A DNA stretch of 60,500 nt, counting the filler, from Sphacelaria rigidula (taxonomy: Eukaryota): NCBI GenBank assembly GCA_964200075.2. It is 8 parts of 8 records of this genome, joined end to end, with 100 filler letters (N's around TTAATTAATTAA, not from the genome) between each part and the next. Parts side by side here need not be neighbours in the genome. Positions count along the whole stretch, not along the records: positions 7,577 to 15,051 come from CAXNAA020014752.1; positions 15,152 to 22,626 come from CAXNAA020014753.1; positions 22,727 to 30,201 come from CAXNAA020014754.1; 5 more parts are not named here. The stretch is one strand, 5' to 3'. Both the position numbers and the translations under genes were made by a program. Position 1 is the first letter of the stretch. Every line of letters begins with the position of its first letter. Positions 14,061 through 26,500 of this stretch are shown one piece after another. The notes under the pieces are model-generated. The model saw only the letters and a list, made by a program, of their open reading frames with translations, had not been told where the DNA came from and ran no database searches.

Positions 14061-15218
14061 GTGAGTGTGCTGACAACGCCGCGCGGTTGCGCCACTGCGT
14101 GGTGGGAGCGGCTTTCCTAACGGTACAAATAAGATTTGCAAGTGCAGCTGCTGAGCGCGCACGCGGGACTACGGATGAATGAGTCAGAGACTCGCCAACC
14201 GCTGTTTGTACGTACCTTCTTGTAGCGCATGTAGAAATATGTCGCATCCTCGTGGGGCATAATCTCACCGTACACGTCGGTATAACAATCTAGGTAAGCG
14301 AGGAGAGCTCGCTCGCGGCGGACTCTTTTCTTGCCTGACAGCCGCCGCGATTCCTGACATATGCAGTGTCGAAATAGGCGCGTCGACACGCATTTATTTA
14401 CGGGCGGTGGTTTTTGTGTGCCGTGCATTGTGGTTTGACGTGTATGTCTGACATGCTCGAACCACGGTACGGGGAAAATCATGGCCAACCAGGGATCGGG
14501 ATGCCCTTAGACGTGGAGCACTTCTGTGGTGGTGCTTCATGGTTACTGTTGGGGTGAGATACAAGCTGGGCCAGCCTACAGGCGGATTTGTACTTTGCAG
14601 GCGAATTCGCACTTCTTTTCTTGAGTTGGGTGGTGAAATTTGGTATGGGCAATCAACAGGGCATGAAGTACAGCTGTCTGTGGGGTCCCGAAAAAATTTG
14701 TGAGGTTGGATCTTATTTTATTTTTTTCATTGATCGCGCGCGTTTGAGTATGGTAGCGACCATTGCGCTACGAGAACGCCCGAACCTCCCATAAAAAAAG
14801 AATGAAGGCCTATTTGTTTTACTCTGCACCTCTGTCGTTTTGCATGCCAAGTTTCAACTCACAATTCCAAAAAATCGAGGCGAAGAATTCAGAAGATAAG
14901 GTCTAGGAGTAATAATTATTTCTCCTCGAAACTCCCCCAAAATCACAAAAAAAAACGACAAAGCCGTCATTTTTTTTCATGCACTAACGGTTCTCCTGTT
15001 GGTGTGAACAGCCTTTCCAGTGTAGTCTGCAGTACTGACAAACCACGGTACNNNNNNNNNNNNNNNNNNNNNNNNNNNNNNNNNNNNNNNNNNNNTTAAT
15101 TAATTAANNNNNNNNNNNNNNNNNNNNNNNNNNNNNNNNNNNNNNNNNNNNAAACACAAAGAAGAAAACAAGAGTAGATAATCAGCCTACTGACGTCCTT
15201 CCGTTTTCTTGTGTTTTG

Positions 15219-15220
<2 letters not shown>

Positions 15221-15263
<43 letters not shown>
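15221..15263 (+). repeat. Poly-G run (43 nt)
   Basis: Direct observation, near contig start. Confidence 0.95.
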
Positions 15264-15264
<1 letters not shown>

Positions 15265-15932
15265 TAGTGGCCTGCAGTCGGTGGGGACCCTTGGTCTACA
15301 GGTTAATTGTCGGGCTGTGCAATATGGCACACACATATTTACATATATCTTGCAAAAAATAATACACAAGAGGAGGAGAAAAAAAAAACAGCTGACACAG
15401 ATCGCGTGTCTTGTTCCTACACACCACTCGCCTACGTGTTTCACTGCGCTCGGCTTCTTTTCCCGGGGTGTGGGTCAAGACACGTGCACACGTACGTATC
15501 ACAAGAAAGTGCGTATGATGAGAAACAAGGAAGAAAAACAGAATAAAAAAAAAACATGAGGTGAAGAAATAAAATCAATCACCTGCTGAAGAATATCCGA
15601 TTTCTCTGTACCTACTCCGGCTGGCCGTGTGAACAATAAATACTCTTTATGTTTTACCGGATTGTGGAGAATGACACAGAGCAAACATTTTCCAGATGAA
15701 CAAAAACAAAATACCGGCAGAAGGAGATTGCTTTCTTGACATATCTTGTTCCTGCTTCACCGCGCCACCATCATCCACTTCGCTGCCATCCAGCCCGCTT
15801 ACGGTGCTCCCCGTGATCCATGGATTCTCCATGTCGAGAATCTAAAAAAAACAAAAGGCGGCATACGATCATGTGCGTGTTGTTGTTGTTGTTGCTGTCT
15901 TCACATTGAAAATCGTTCCGATATCTGCGCAG

Positions 15933-16003
15933 TGCTTCAAGTTCCGTACAGGGCATCTGATGTGGATGCCTTCCGTGGTCACAGGTTAACTACCCACAAT
16001 AAG
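15933..16003 (+). CDS. Possible isolated internal exon, unknown protein (VLQVPYRASDVDAFRGHRLTTHNK)
   Basis: GCAG acceptor after a (TGT)n tract, AAG|GTATGA donor, only one open frame. Confidence 0.3.
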
Positions 16004-17205
16004 GTATGAGGAAAAACGATATCAAATGATAGTAAGATGAGACCCAGAAAAATTCACCCTTTTGGAACCGTTGATGGAAAACTGACGATTTAAATTTCAC
16101 GTTTTTTCGGGCAAGAAATGGTTGTTTTTCTACAGCCTTTGAGCAAACCATTCGTCCAAAGGGTGTATTTCAGACCCGTGCGAATGGAACGTGGAAGAAA
16201 ATAAGGCTCTCGATTTTACGGGTATGACGAATTGTTCGACCCGTCGGTGTTTTCTAACCGCCGCCAGGGCGCATGGCTGACCTTTCGTGAAGCAATCTTC
16301 ACGCCGCACCTGCAGCAGATGTTTCGTGCCGCATCATGGCAAGCCTGCGCCTAAGTTTCAATAACAAAGGCGACGCCGACAGCACATTTACCTCGGTTAT
16401 GCCCCCGTCTACTGTCTGTATTCGGAGACAGTCACCGTCAGGCCGTATGGGGATTGTTCACCTAATCCCCTGTACTGCGTGTGATCATGATATTTTCAGC
16501 TTATTTCAAGTGTAAACTCATGTCATGCACGTTACTGTACTCCGTCGTCCGCGTTTATACGGCGCCACACTGCGCTATGATCATTCCACACCCTGTACAA
16601 CTAATTAGGCAACTATTTTCAGTTTGTTGCCGATTGAGGTCGACACAAGAAGCAAGGAGTCACAGCACAGTGGGGAGGCTCTCAATAGTGCCGGTTGAAT
16701 AGTGCCAACGACCTATATAATGCCGGTAAAATCTCCAGGCACAGCCAGAGCTCGCAGTTGTGCCGCCCGGCACTACTGACGGATGACCCTCAGTAGTGCC
16801 GGTTTCAACGGTTTTGTACCCCCAACAGTGCCGGTTCCGGACAAACTCACGCACGCCTTACCCCCCACCAACCAAGCACCAGTAGGGGTACAGCAGGGTA
16901 CGTGCTGGTGCAGACCTTGCAACGTAGGGACACAACGTGCGTTGTGCGGAAGGTGAACTGCGCCTGGTGCAGGCCACGACGCCAGAAGGCCCTCATGGCC
17001 ACGGTTGCCCGGGGACATGCGGCGGGAGGCTCCACGGTATTTGCGGCAGCATGTGTGGCGAACCGGCACAACGAGGTATTCAGAGCCCTCAATTGCACCT
17101 GTTTTGGCACTTTTCAGCGTAGTGCCGGTGTCCGTGGTGGGCACATACCGGCACTACTGAGAGCCCCCCACTATATATTTCCAAGTGGAAGCGGGGGGGG
17201 GGGGA

Positions 17206-17372
17206 GGAAACAGAAAAAAAATGACCCCTGGGAGACTCGAACTCGCCTCCTGAGGAAAAAAAATCAATAAAATAGTTGCTAAAATAGTTTAAACTATTTA
17301 GTTCTCTGGAATTGGCTTGAATCGCCCGAAGTTGCGGGTTCGAGGCTCACCTGAGTCATTTTTTTGTTTTCG
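17206..17372. repeat. Inverted pair of tRNA-3'-half-like (SINE-like) sequences
   Basis: GGGTTCGAGGCTCACCTGAGTCA-T-run on plus and GAGTTCGAGTCTCCCAGGGGTCA-T-run on minus; central palindrome AAATAGTTTAAACTATTT. Confidence 0.6.
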
Positions 17373-19589
17373 CTTTTTTTTCCCCAAAGGTACGCTGCCA
17401 AAAAAAAACAGGTCCATGAATGGATTCATGCCGGCTGTTGAGGGACATTTCGTTTCGGACCAAAACGAGCAACTACAGAGTTGTACAGGGTGTGGATCAT
17501 TCCATGACGGCGACGAGGATGCCATGTACCCCGCCGTTATACATAATCCTGGTGCAGCGTTGGCGGGGGCTGTTACTTTGGCATATTATCCGATACAGGC
17601 TGTCACTTCGTAGGCTGCGATATTACCGCATATATCATGCTGCGCTCTGTGCTGTACGTTTCCACGACACCACCTCTATAATGCGGGTTGATCATGCATG
17701 AACGTTGCAGAGGCCCACTTTGTGCTGCGTGAGGTGTATTACTCCGGCTTGCGCTATCGCGTTCGGACTGTCTGTCATCGTGGGCGGCGTTGGGATTTCA
17801 TGCCATGATATTACACACCTTCTGTCGTCTTGCATGGAACACCGTCACATCATTTTTCAGTTACACTGGACTGTAGCGAAGTGTGCAGTGTGTTTACTGA
17901 CTGTAGTTATAGTTGGGTCCGCCTGGTTGCGACAGGTTGTCCCGGTCGGCTGTCGACCGTTTGCCAGTATGTCGCCTGTCTGGAAGCTGGCAATCACGTC
18001 CGCCTGATGTATTTCACATAATCCTGTGTGCCTCGCAGCGGTTCCTCTTGCTGCGGTTACTGTGCTGACGTTCGGTAGGTGAGCGGGGGGGGGGGCGGGG
18101 TGTGCCGCGGGGCAATGGGCTGCCCCAACCGCTCTTTCAGCTTTTTCAACGGAACGCCTGGCAGCGTCCTGGCCGTACTCCTCAGCGCTTCAACGCTTCC
18201 ACATGCGGCGACGGGATTTCCACTTGCCCCGCCATGTCATTGTCGCCGTATAGTGTGGCTTCCTACGCTCGCCGACTCTTGATGATGCAACCCACCAAAA
18301 GGGTGCACCACTCTAATTTCAAGTATATTAGTGTGCCACTCTAAGTTCGAGTATATAATGTGACATATTCGCGCACCGAACTCGAATTGAGGTATTTCAC
18401 AGATTCCCACTGACAAAAATCACATGTGTGGGGGTTTGTACTGTTTTGCGAGAGTTTTGTCGATGCATACAATTGGACACACTTCGCCCGTCGCGTGAAA
18501 TCATTGGGCAAACGCATGAATGTCATGAAGTATTGAGGAAGAGGACTCAAGGAAGGAGTTTCAGTCTGCTAAGTAGATGACGTTACCGTATATCTGTACA
18601 CGGCTGGGACGATTTTTTTGCTTCGTAATATAGCATCCGTACTTCATATTTCATGCTGAGAATCGAACTAAGAAAGGCATTCAAATGGAGCGCGGGAGCC
18701 TATTGAGACGGCAAAGGTACAGTGCCTTCCACGGTTGCTTCAAACTTTACGAACGAACAAGAGCCATTGCAACTCTGTTTTCGCCGCACGCAGCACGTTC
18801 ACATATAACATGACGCATATTATGCGGGGCAATCGTTGTGGGAACAATACACCCGGTGGAGCATGTGGTGGGAGGGGGGGGTATACTCATCATCTTGCAT
18901 GACACTGTCATATGGCCATTGGCCTCGCATCCCCACAAAGCCGGCACGGATCACGCCGGGTTTTCGCTGGACCAGGATCGTAGTCAATCACCAACCACAA
19001 AACGCCGTGGTGTGTTCCGCGAGTCGCATGAAGGGTGAGCTGCATCCTGCTGAGATTGTTCGGCGTGAAGCGCACTAATTATCTTGCACATGTTTGACAG
19101 CCTCCAATGAGTTGCTTCAGTTCATGGTATAGCCACTTCCAGAGACAGCCACGGGTTACACACTACCTCATAACTAGTACGATCATCCTCTTGCGCAGAG
19201 TTTGGGTTCTCCACCCCGCACAATATGATCTAGCTCGACCACGATCACCTTTTCATAGTTACCGCGACAAAAAACGCAAGCGCCCGCAAAAAAAAAGATA
19301 CAAGCTGGTTCACGCGTTTTCACCCAAAATTGTGCCATCAGCAAATGCCTTTCGCACCACCCAACCAATAGTCGCATACATGACATCATACTGACCACCA
19401 TGGACAGCTGAGAAGCGTAACAGCCGAATTTGTCGCTAGAGTCATAATGGTGGCGCTGAGGGCGAACAGGTACCTCGACCAATCAGCGCCCGTCAAATTG
19501 TTCCGATGTCGAAATTACGAATTCCAAGCCCAATTTTCACCGAATCTCCACATGCTTCGAATCGTAGTAACCGTCATCAGCTCGGGAAT

Positions 19590-21150
19590 CTAACGCGGTT
19601 CGGACGAATCAGAGTTCATACGGGTTGACTCCCTATGAATGTTGAATACGAATCATGTACCTCAGAGTCATCCGGTATGAATCACAGATGGTGAAGTTGT
19701 ATGTTCAAGGTCATACCGCACGAATCTCGGACTGGGAATGTGTACACTCCACGTAGTATCAGACGAATCGAGAGTAAAAATACCGCACGAATCCCGAACT
19801 GGGAATGTGTACACTCCACGAGTATCAGGCGAATCGACAGTGTCAAGTATGTACGAATTACACTGTCTGCATGAATCCTGGGCGGGAAACATGTACACTT
19901 TATTCATCTCGTATGAATTGAAGGTAGGGAACATGTGCATACGACTCATGCTGCATGAACGGAGATTCGGAAACACGTACGCTTTATTCACCTCGTATGA
20001 ATGGAAGGCGGGAAACATGTTATTTATGATTCATGCTCACAAACGCAACGTGGAAAACATGTACATGAATCACATGACTCATGCTGCATGAATCGTAGGA
20101 GAATAAACAGCTAGAAGAATCACTTTGGGCGCACAGATGCGTGCTGTGCCATGCTGAGCCATGCTGTACCGCACTGCCCGCGGACTGCCGAGTACACTAC
20201 CGGAGTTTACGCGAGGATGCGAGGACAACTCGTGCTTGTGTTGTGTTATTTTCAAGTGTTAGTGGTATTGTATACAGCATGTTGAGGTCATCTGTACCAC
20301 AGAACACATGTAACCACACACGCTGTTAACAACATAGCTCGGGGGGGGGGGGGGACTGGATAGAAAAAAGGCTTTGGGCACGCGTCTGCGTATGTTGTAC
20401 TACTCGTACTACCAGTGATGTATCACGTGTGAGTACAAAATTTGAAGTTGGTTTATTTATCGCGGATTTCGCATGTGAGGGGTTCGCGAACTGTGCGCTC
20501 TTATTTCCCTACCCGACCTGCAAAAGGGCCGCGCAACTGAAGAGTTCCACCCCATATAATGGGAGGTGGGAAACAACATGTTCACTTGATCCATATCATG
20601 CGAACAGAAGGTGGAGAACATGTACGCTTGATTCGCGCTGCAAAAAAACAGTGGGACACATACACTCTTGATCCATCTTATATGAACGGAAGGTGAGGAA
20701 CATATACGTGTGATTGATTCATGGCGAATGAATGGAAAGTGGAAATGACAAACATGTACACTTGATTCACCTCGTATGAATGGAAGGTGGGGAACATGTA
20801 CGTATTTCATGCGGCATGAACGGAAATTGGGAAGCACGTACGCTTTATTAATATCGTACGAATGGAAGGTGGAAAACGTGCGCCCATAATTCGTGCTGAA
20901 TGAATGGAAATCGAAAAACATGTACCCATGATTCACGTCATACGAATGGAGGGTAGGAAACGTATACCTTTGACGGTGTAACGCACGAACCACGAACTGG
21001 GAATCCGTACATTTGAAGCGGTGCCGTACGAATCACGAACCCAAAAGACGTACAAATCAGAACTTGTGTACGAATCGTATCATTGATTCGTCCGAATGTT
21101 CAATGAGTCGAATCGCGATCTTGTTCGTCCGAATCGTGGAATCTAACGGA
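19590..21150. repeat. Degenerate ~42-bp minisatellite arrays (approx 19700-20095 and 20560-20960) bracketed by inverted TTCGGACGAATCA motifs
   Basis: Unit approx GGTGGGAAACATGTACACTTGATTCACCTCGTATGAATGGAA; TTCGGACGAATCA at ~19599 and its inverse TGATTCGTCCGAA at ~21084. Confidence 0.8.
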
Positions 21151-22079
21151 AAAAAACATATTCGAAAAAGATTACTACGGGGTCGAACTATACCCGAAAC
21201 CGTGATGTTTCGGTGATGTGGGGTTTGGCGTCGTCTAATTTCCACCATGATACTCACGAAAGACCCAGGGAGTGTCGTGACGGTTTCCCTTACATCTGTT
21301 GTAAAAAAGCTCAGATCTCCTTCAAATTTGTCAGTTCGGTAGATGTTGATATTTTGAATGCAATTATTTTCACTTGACAGTGTTTATTTAAAAGTTTCTC
21401 CATTATCTACCGGCTTTCGGAAGTTCGAGTATGAAGACCCCCGGAAGGCGGTAACAAAATGCCCCATACGAAAAAAAAACAAGATGCGTCCCGGGATAGT
21501 CCAAGGAACACATGTACAAAGTTTGGTCGGGGAACACGAAAACCCCGTACAATATTTCTTGCCTTGACGTAAAATTGACCCCCAAAAGACGAGTTTTCAT
21601 ATTTAAACCAAGTAGTTAGAAGGTTGCACGTTTCAAGCTCACATCTTCCCACAAACGCACAAAACTTCACGCCGTAATTAGGGGTGAGAGCCTGAAACTA
21701 CACAAATGTGCTACGGGTTACTATGCAACTTTCGATGGACGACGTTTTTATTTTATGGCAGACTACAGTTGAAGCGGGACAGATTCGCTTGGAAACTACC
21801 ACTCAGATCGCTCCATTTCGCTTGGGAATCGCCAGCGGAGTACTCTAAAACCAAGTGTTCGTGCGGTCTAACTCGTAGCGCGTCCCAACCCGATACAGTA
21901 TCATAGATAATACAGTATTGTGAACTGCACACAATACAGTAGTACGGTACAGTTAAGGCACCAGGAGGAGTGTGGCAGCAACGGACAGCGCCTTGTTCGT
22001 CTTACCCAAGACGAAACAGTCAACACACCCATGCAGCTTCCGACATTGTGCCGTCAGCACTGCGTGCCGACTACCATTA

Positions 22080-22270
22080 TTTTCTGCAAAGACGAACACA
22101 ACCCCAGCTCATGCAATCCTAACCGTCTTCGCAATGCGTGAATACACCACATCAGCACAGGCAGAGGAAGCTCCAACACATGAGAGAGGGCTCGAGTGTT
22201 TTTGCTACGGTACAGTCGCGAAACAGGACATGCCCAATGTTGTAGTCCTCCGTCTGATTTTGGAGAGGTC
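22080..22270 (+). mobile_element. Possible hAT transposase C-terminal remnant
   Basis: ILTVFAMREYTTSAQAE...VVVLRL resembles the hAT dimerization-domain ATS..xER motif; weak. Confidence 0.25.
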
Positions 22271-22763
22271 GTCAATTCTGGGCCAGTGCCGGGTTTGAAC
22301 ACTCCGCCATAGTCGCGCTTCTTTCAATCCACTTTGGGTTACCCCAATCTGTGTGTGGGAGGTTTGGCTTCTGATGCAGTCTTCGCCCGCTGATGTATTT
22401 AAGCGGATTTTGTCGCAGTACATTTTCGTTTTGCGCATTAATTTTTTTTTTCCCGTTTTTTGGGGGTCCGACGGGATCAAAGGCGTTTTTCGAAGTATTA
22501 CAGTAGTCAGCGTCAGAAGTATGCAGAATCCGCAATTTCTTAGTTTCTCGAAGGTTGTCCAAATTTGTTTTGCTTGCCACCACTCATCACAGTGACTGTT
22601 AAAAAAAAAAAAATGGGCATCCGGAGNNNNNNNNNNNNNNNNNNNNNNNNNNNNNNNNNNNNNNNNNNNNTTAATTAATTAANNNNNNNNNNNNNNNNNN
22701 NNNNNNNNNNNNNNNNNNNNNNNNNNCCAGAGGTTTTCTCTCCTCTTTTTTCTTCAAAGAAAG

Positions 22764-22905
22764 TGCGTCCGACGGGAATCGAACCAGCGACTAACTCTTG
22801 TGACGACTAACTTTTGTGACGGTTTAAGAGATAACCAACTAGACTACTGACCAAGTCAGCGCTGACTTGTCAGTAGTCTAGTTGGTGGTCCCTTAAACCG
22901 TCACA
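22764..22905. repeat. tRNA-derived (Asp-like) SINE head in a head-to-head palindrome
   Basis: Minus strand has A-box TAGTCTAGTTGG, CCGTCAC and B-box GGTTCGATTCCC; inverted duplication 22815-22905 centred on CAAGTCAGC|GCTGACTTG. Confidence 0.7.
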
Positions 22906-23555
22906 CACCAAAGAAATGAGAACCGCAAGGTTCCATATTTCGACCTCTCGGGGGACAGCCATAATACGTACAAGCATACCAGGTGTATCAAAATAAGCAC
23001 TGCATGACATAACGACATCCCTCATCAGGGGGGTTCACCCCCCACCCCCCAACCCCCCTTCTCTTTTGCTCAAATCGGGACACTCCCGCATGTCCCCCGA
23101 AAAAATCGTAAAATATGCGGGAGTTTCCCGATTGAGCAAAAAGATGATACATCAAAAGTCAAGGTCCAGAGAATCGGAGAATATATCTGGTTGCCTCACA
23201 TCTAGCGGGAAAACGTTGCCCGATGGACTGGGGTCTGAAAAAACCAACTCACTGGAGAAAATCGCCCGTAGACGGGCTGAAATCCTGCATATATTTATTC
23301 AAATCGAGTTTGGCTGCCATGAAAAACGGTATAAACGGACAAGATGCCGATCGAGTGATGAGTCGATCTTCTGTCACCACAGCATTTTGTATATATTCTC
23401 CAAGATTTTTGACTACCGATGAATCTCCTGCTATTTATAGTGGTACGGATGAGGAAATGCATTGCTTGCTTCACGGTCGACACACCTGTAGTACGCATGC
23501 AGCGTTCAACAGTCAACATTGTTACAAGAATATCTTTGCCTGATGATGAGCAGAT

Positions 23556-26500
23556 AACAGCGGATCCTGAAAAATGGGGTCCATCTCACAAATAACAGTG
23601 GACCCTGGAAAATGGGATTCATCTCACGAATGAGATTGGAGTGGCATTTCTCTCTTGCAGGGATGACGCGAAACGCTTACGACCGAGCGAAGCCATCTTC
23701 CCCCCTAAATGTCCGCACCAGTTCAGCAGCTGTGGCTAGGTGCACCTAACGAATGCGGTGTACACGCGTGTCGATGACGATATCACCCTGTGCTCCAGCC
23801 AGGCACTGATGAACGAGGAAAGACTTTTACAGGTCGATACCACACAAATGGGGGCCCGGGGAAGTTTTTTCCCATTAAAATCCGTGTTTTCCAACCTGCA
23901 AAGCGTTCCATGCGCATTGTTTTCTAATACAAGCGGTAACTTGTCGATTTCTGTTCCGTTCTTCAAGGACTGCGTGATGCCGATCCCCGAAACGTTTGGT
24001 GTTGCTGTTCGATGGTATCTTCGGATGTTTAACTGGACCCGAAGCAGCCACCTTCTCTCAGGTTTTGAGAACCGTTTGAATTGTGTGGTTGCAGTTCATA
24101 AAAATCAAACTCTCTAGCTTTCACAGGTTTGTTACCCTGACCACCTCTGAGCAGACGGGAGTACGCGCGGTACAGCAACGAAAGGTAGCTATGATCCGGT
24201 TTGCCTGCCGTACTGCCGACAGCGTCGCGTGAAAGCCACAAGACCCTTGCTGTCGGCGGTTGATGGCGTGGGTTATGCAACGACGTGCGGTTGACCGTAG
24301 AGCACTCTCGTTTCTCCTCCCAACTTGTGATAATGCATGACCTCCTGACATCGGAATATATATAACTCATGGGGAGCATCTCACAGTGTACCGAGCTGTC
24401 CACGCGACCAGCGTGTGCTGCAGATTGCCTACGCGCCACGCTAGCAACAGTTAGGTCACCACCATAGGTATCTTTTTTTACTGCGCATGTTTGAAAGGTC
24501 TCTACAAGTGTCTGATCTCTCATACACCCCCATCAACTGGTGTGTGGCATGCCCTTCTGCTCGGCCACCCGGTTGGGGGAGGTCGGCGAAAATCAACAAT
24601 GAATAACACCCCCTAAGTTCAAACCGGATCTATCTGTTATTACCGTCGCACCGACCTTGCTGGCATGTGTGTGGCAGAGAACAGTAGTAGCGGTGACGAG
24701 AACATTGTCCTGTTTTTCAACGACATCTTTTTCAACGCACAGAGGCGCGTCCTGTCCAAAAAGACAGGCAAAGAGAAGTCGATCTTCGCGTTGGCGACGG
24801 GCAAGAAGAGGCGGAATCTCTTCGCACCTCGATGTTCTGGCACATGGAAAATTGGGCGCATGCTGGTGTAATAACATCGATGATGCCAATTTCACATGCG
24901 ATTGGTAATCGTCGAGCGAGGACACAAAAAGGACACGGGCGAGTAGCTTCCTCTCTGCCGTTGCTTCTCTCTCTGGTGATATCGTCATCGACACGCGTGT
25001 ACACCGCATTCGTTAGGTGCACCAAGCCACAGCTGCTGAACTGCTGTGGACATTCGGGGGAAAGATGGCTTCGCTCAATCGTAAGCGTTTCGCGTCATCC
25101 CTGCAGAAACGAAATGCCACTTCAACCATATTTTTTGTATGAACCCCATTTTCTAGGATTCACTGTTACATGAGGTTCAAGTGGCATTTCTCTCTTGCAA
25201 GGATGACGCGGAACACGTGCGACCGAGCGAAACCATCTTCCCCCCCCAAATGTCCGCACCAGTTCAGCAGCTAGGTGCACCTAACGAATGCGGTGCCACA
25301 CGCGTGTCGATGACGATATCACCAGAGAGAGAAGCAACGACAGAGAGGAAGATACTCGCCCGTGTCCTTTGTGTGTCCTCGCTCGGCGATTACCAATCGC
25401 TCGAGAGACTGGCATCATCGATGTTACCAGCATGTACCCAATTTTCCATGTGCCAGAACATCGAGGTGCAGAGAGATTCCGTATCTTCTTGCCTGTGGCC
25501 AGTGCGAAGATAGATTTCTCTCTGCCTCTCTTTTTGGACAGGAAGCGCCTCTGTGCGCTGAAAAAGATGCCGTTGAAAAACAGGACAATGTTCTCGTCAC
25601 CGCTACTACTGTTCTCTGTTACACACATGCCAGCAAGGGCGGTGGTGCGGCGAAAACAACAGATATATCCGATTTGAACTGGGTGGGGGTGTTATTCATC
25701 GTTGATTTCACCCGACATGTATGTGAGCGACCCTCTGGGTGCCCAACGACAACAGCGTGCAAGACGCCAGTTTGGGCGGGGGGGGGGGGTTGTATATGAC
25801 ATCAAACAGGTGTGGAGACCTTCTTGACATGCGGAGTGAAGAAAGATACCTATGGTAGTGATCTAACCGTTGCGAGCGTGGTGCAGAGGGGTGCGTCCAT
25901 GGTGCAATCTGGAGCACACGCTGGCTGCGTGAACACCTCGGTACAGTAGCTTGCAAGGATGGATTCCGATGTGACGAGGTCACGCATTACCACCTGGGGC
26001 GAGATATGAAGCTACGAAGAACAAGGGTGCTCTACGATCAACCACTTGTCGTTGCATTCGACACCCACGCCATCAAGCGCCAACCGCAAAGGTCTTGCGG
26101 TTTTCAAGCAACGCTGGCGGCAGTACGGCAGGCAAACCCGATCATAGCTAGCTTTCGTCGCTCTACTGGACTGGCAGGCGTCTGCCCAGAGGTCGACCGG
26201 CGAAGCAACATGTACCGAATTTCGCAACCTCTGTAAAAACAAAACAGGTCGGTTTTCCCAACTACATGAACATGATTCAATTGACTCTCGTGGTCTGAGG
26301 AACTGTGGCTCCCCTGACCTCCCGCCAGGTATAGAAGAAGGACGATAGAGTTTTTGCAATCGTATGCAACACTCGCGGGGAAACATATAGGTTCTCCTGT
26401 ATGGAATTCCGCGTTTTCCAACCTGCAAACCGTTTAATGCCCGTTGCTTTCTAAGAAGAACGTTAAACTGTCAATTTCTGTTCCGTTCTGTACTGATTGC

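Larger units (their letters stand above)
8436..14353 (-). pseudogene. Spliced DDD/E transposase pseudogene, Sola-like/DUF7869-type. Exons approx 14353-14216, 13618-13375, 12766-12603, 11246-11158, 10898-10649, 9861-9399, 9260-8436
   Basis: GT-AG exons join in compatible phases to give YGEIMPH...ELYDTY...FMKCHSC...AEHMK...KYASMQADAAAQ...LP...KVMAVLVEG...SNLIC...LFLQLDNCVGENKN...MMVGHTHIMIDQVFSRIS...AY...NFK. Two -1 frameshifts in exon 2, a MITE and a further frameshift in the last exon. Family name is from motif memory. Confidence 0.85.

Noticed and set aside
15209-15559. Poly-Gly/poly-Pro ORFs
   Set aside because: Arise from a G homopolymer near a contig end; possibly inflated by sequencing.
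19700-20960. CRISPR-like periodicity of the ~42-bp array
   Set aside because: Whole units are degenerate copies with no unique spacers, there are no cas genes, and the context is eukaryotic.
22764-22851. Functional tRNA-Asp gene
   Set aside because: Acceptor and anticodon stems do not pair and there is an internal duplication; treated as SINE-like.
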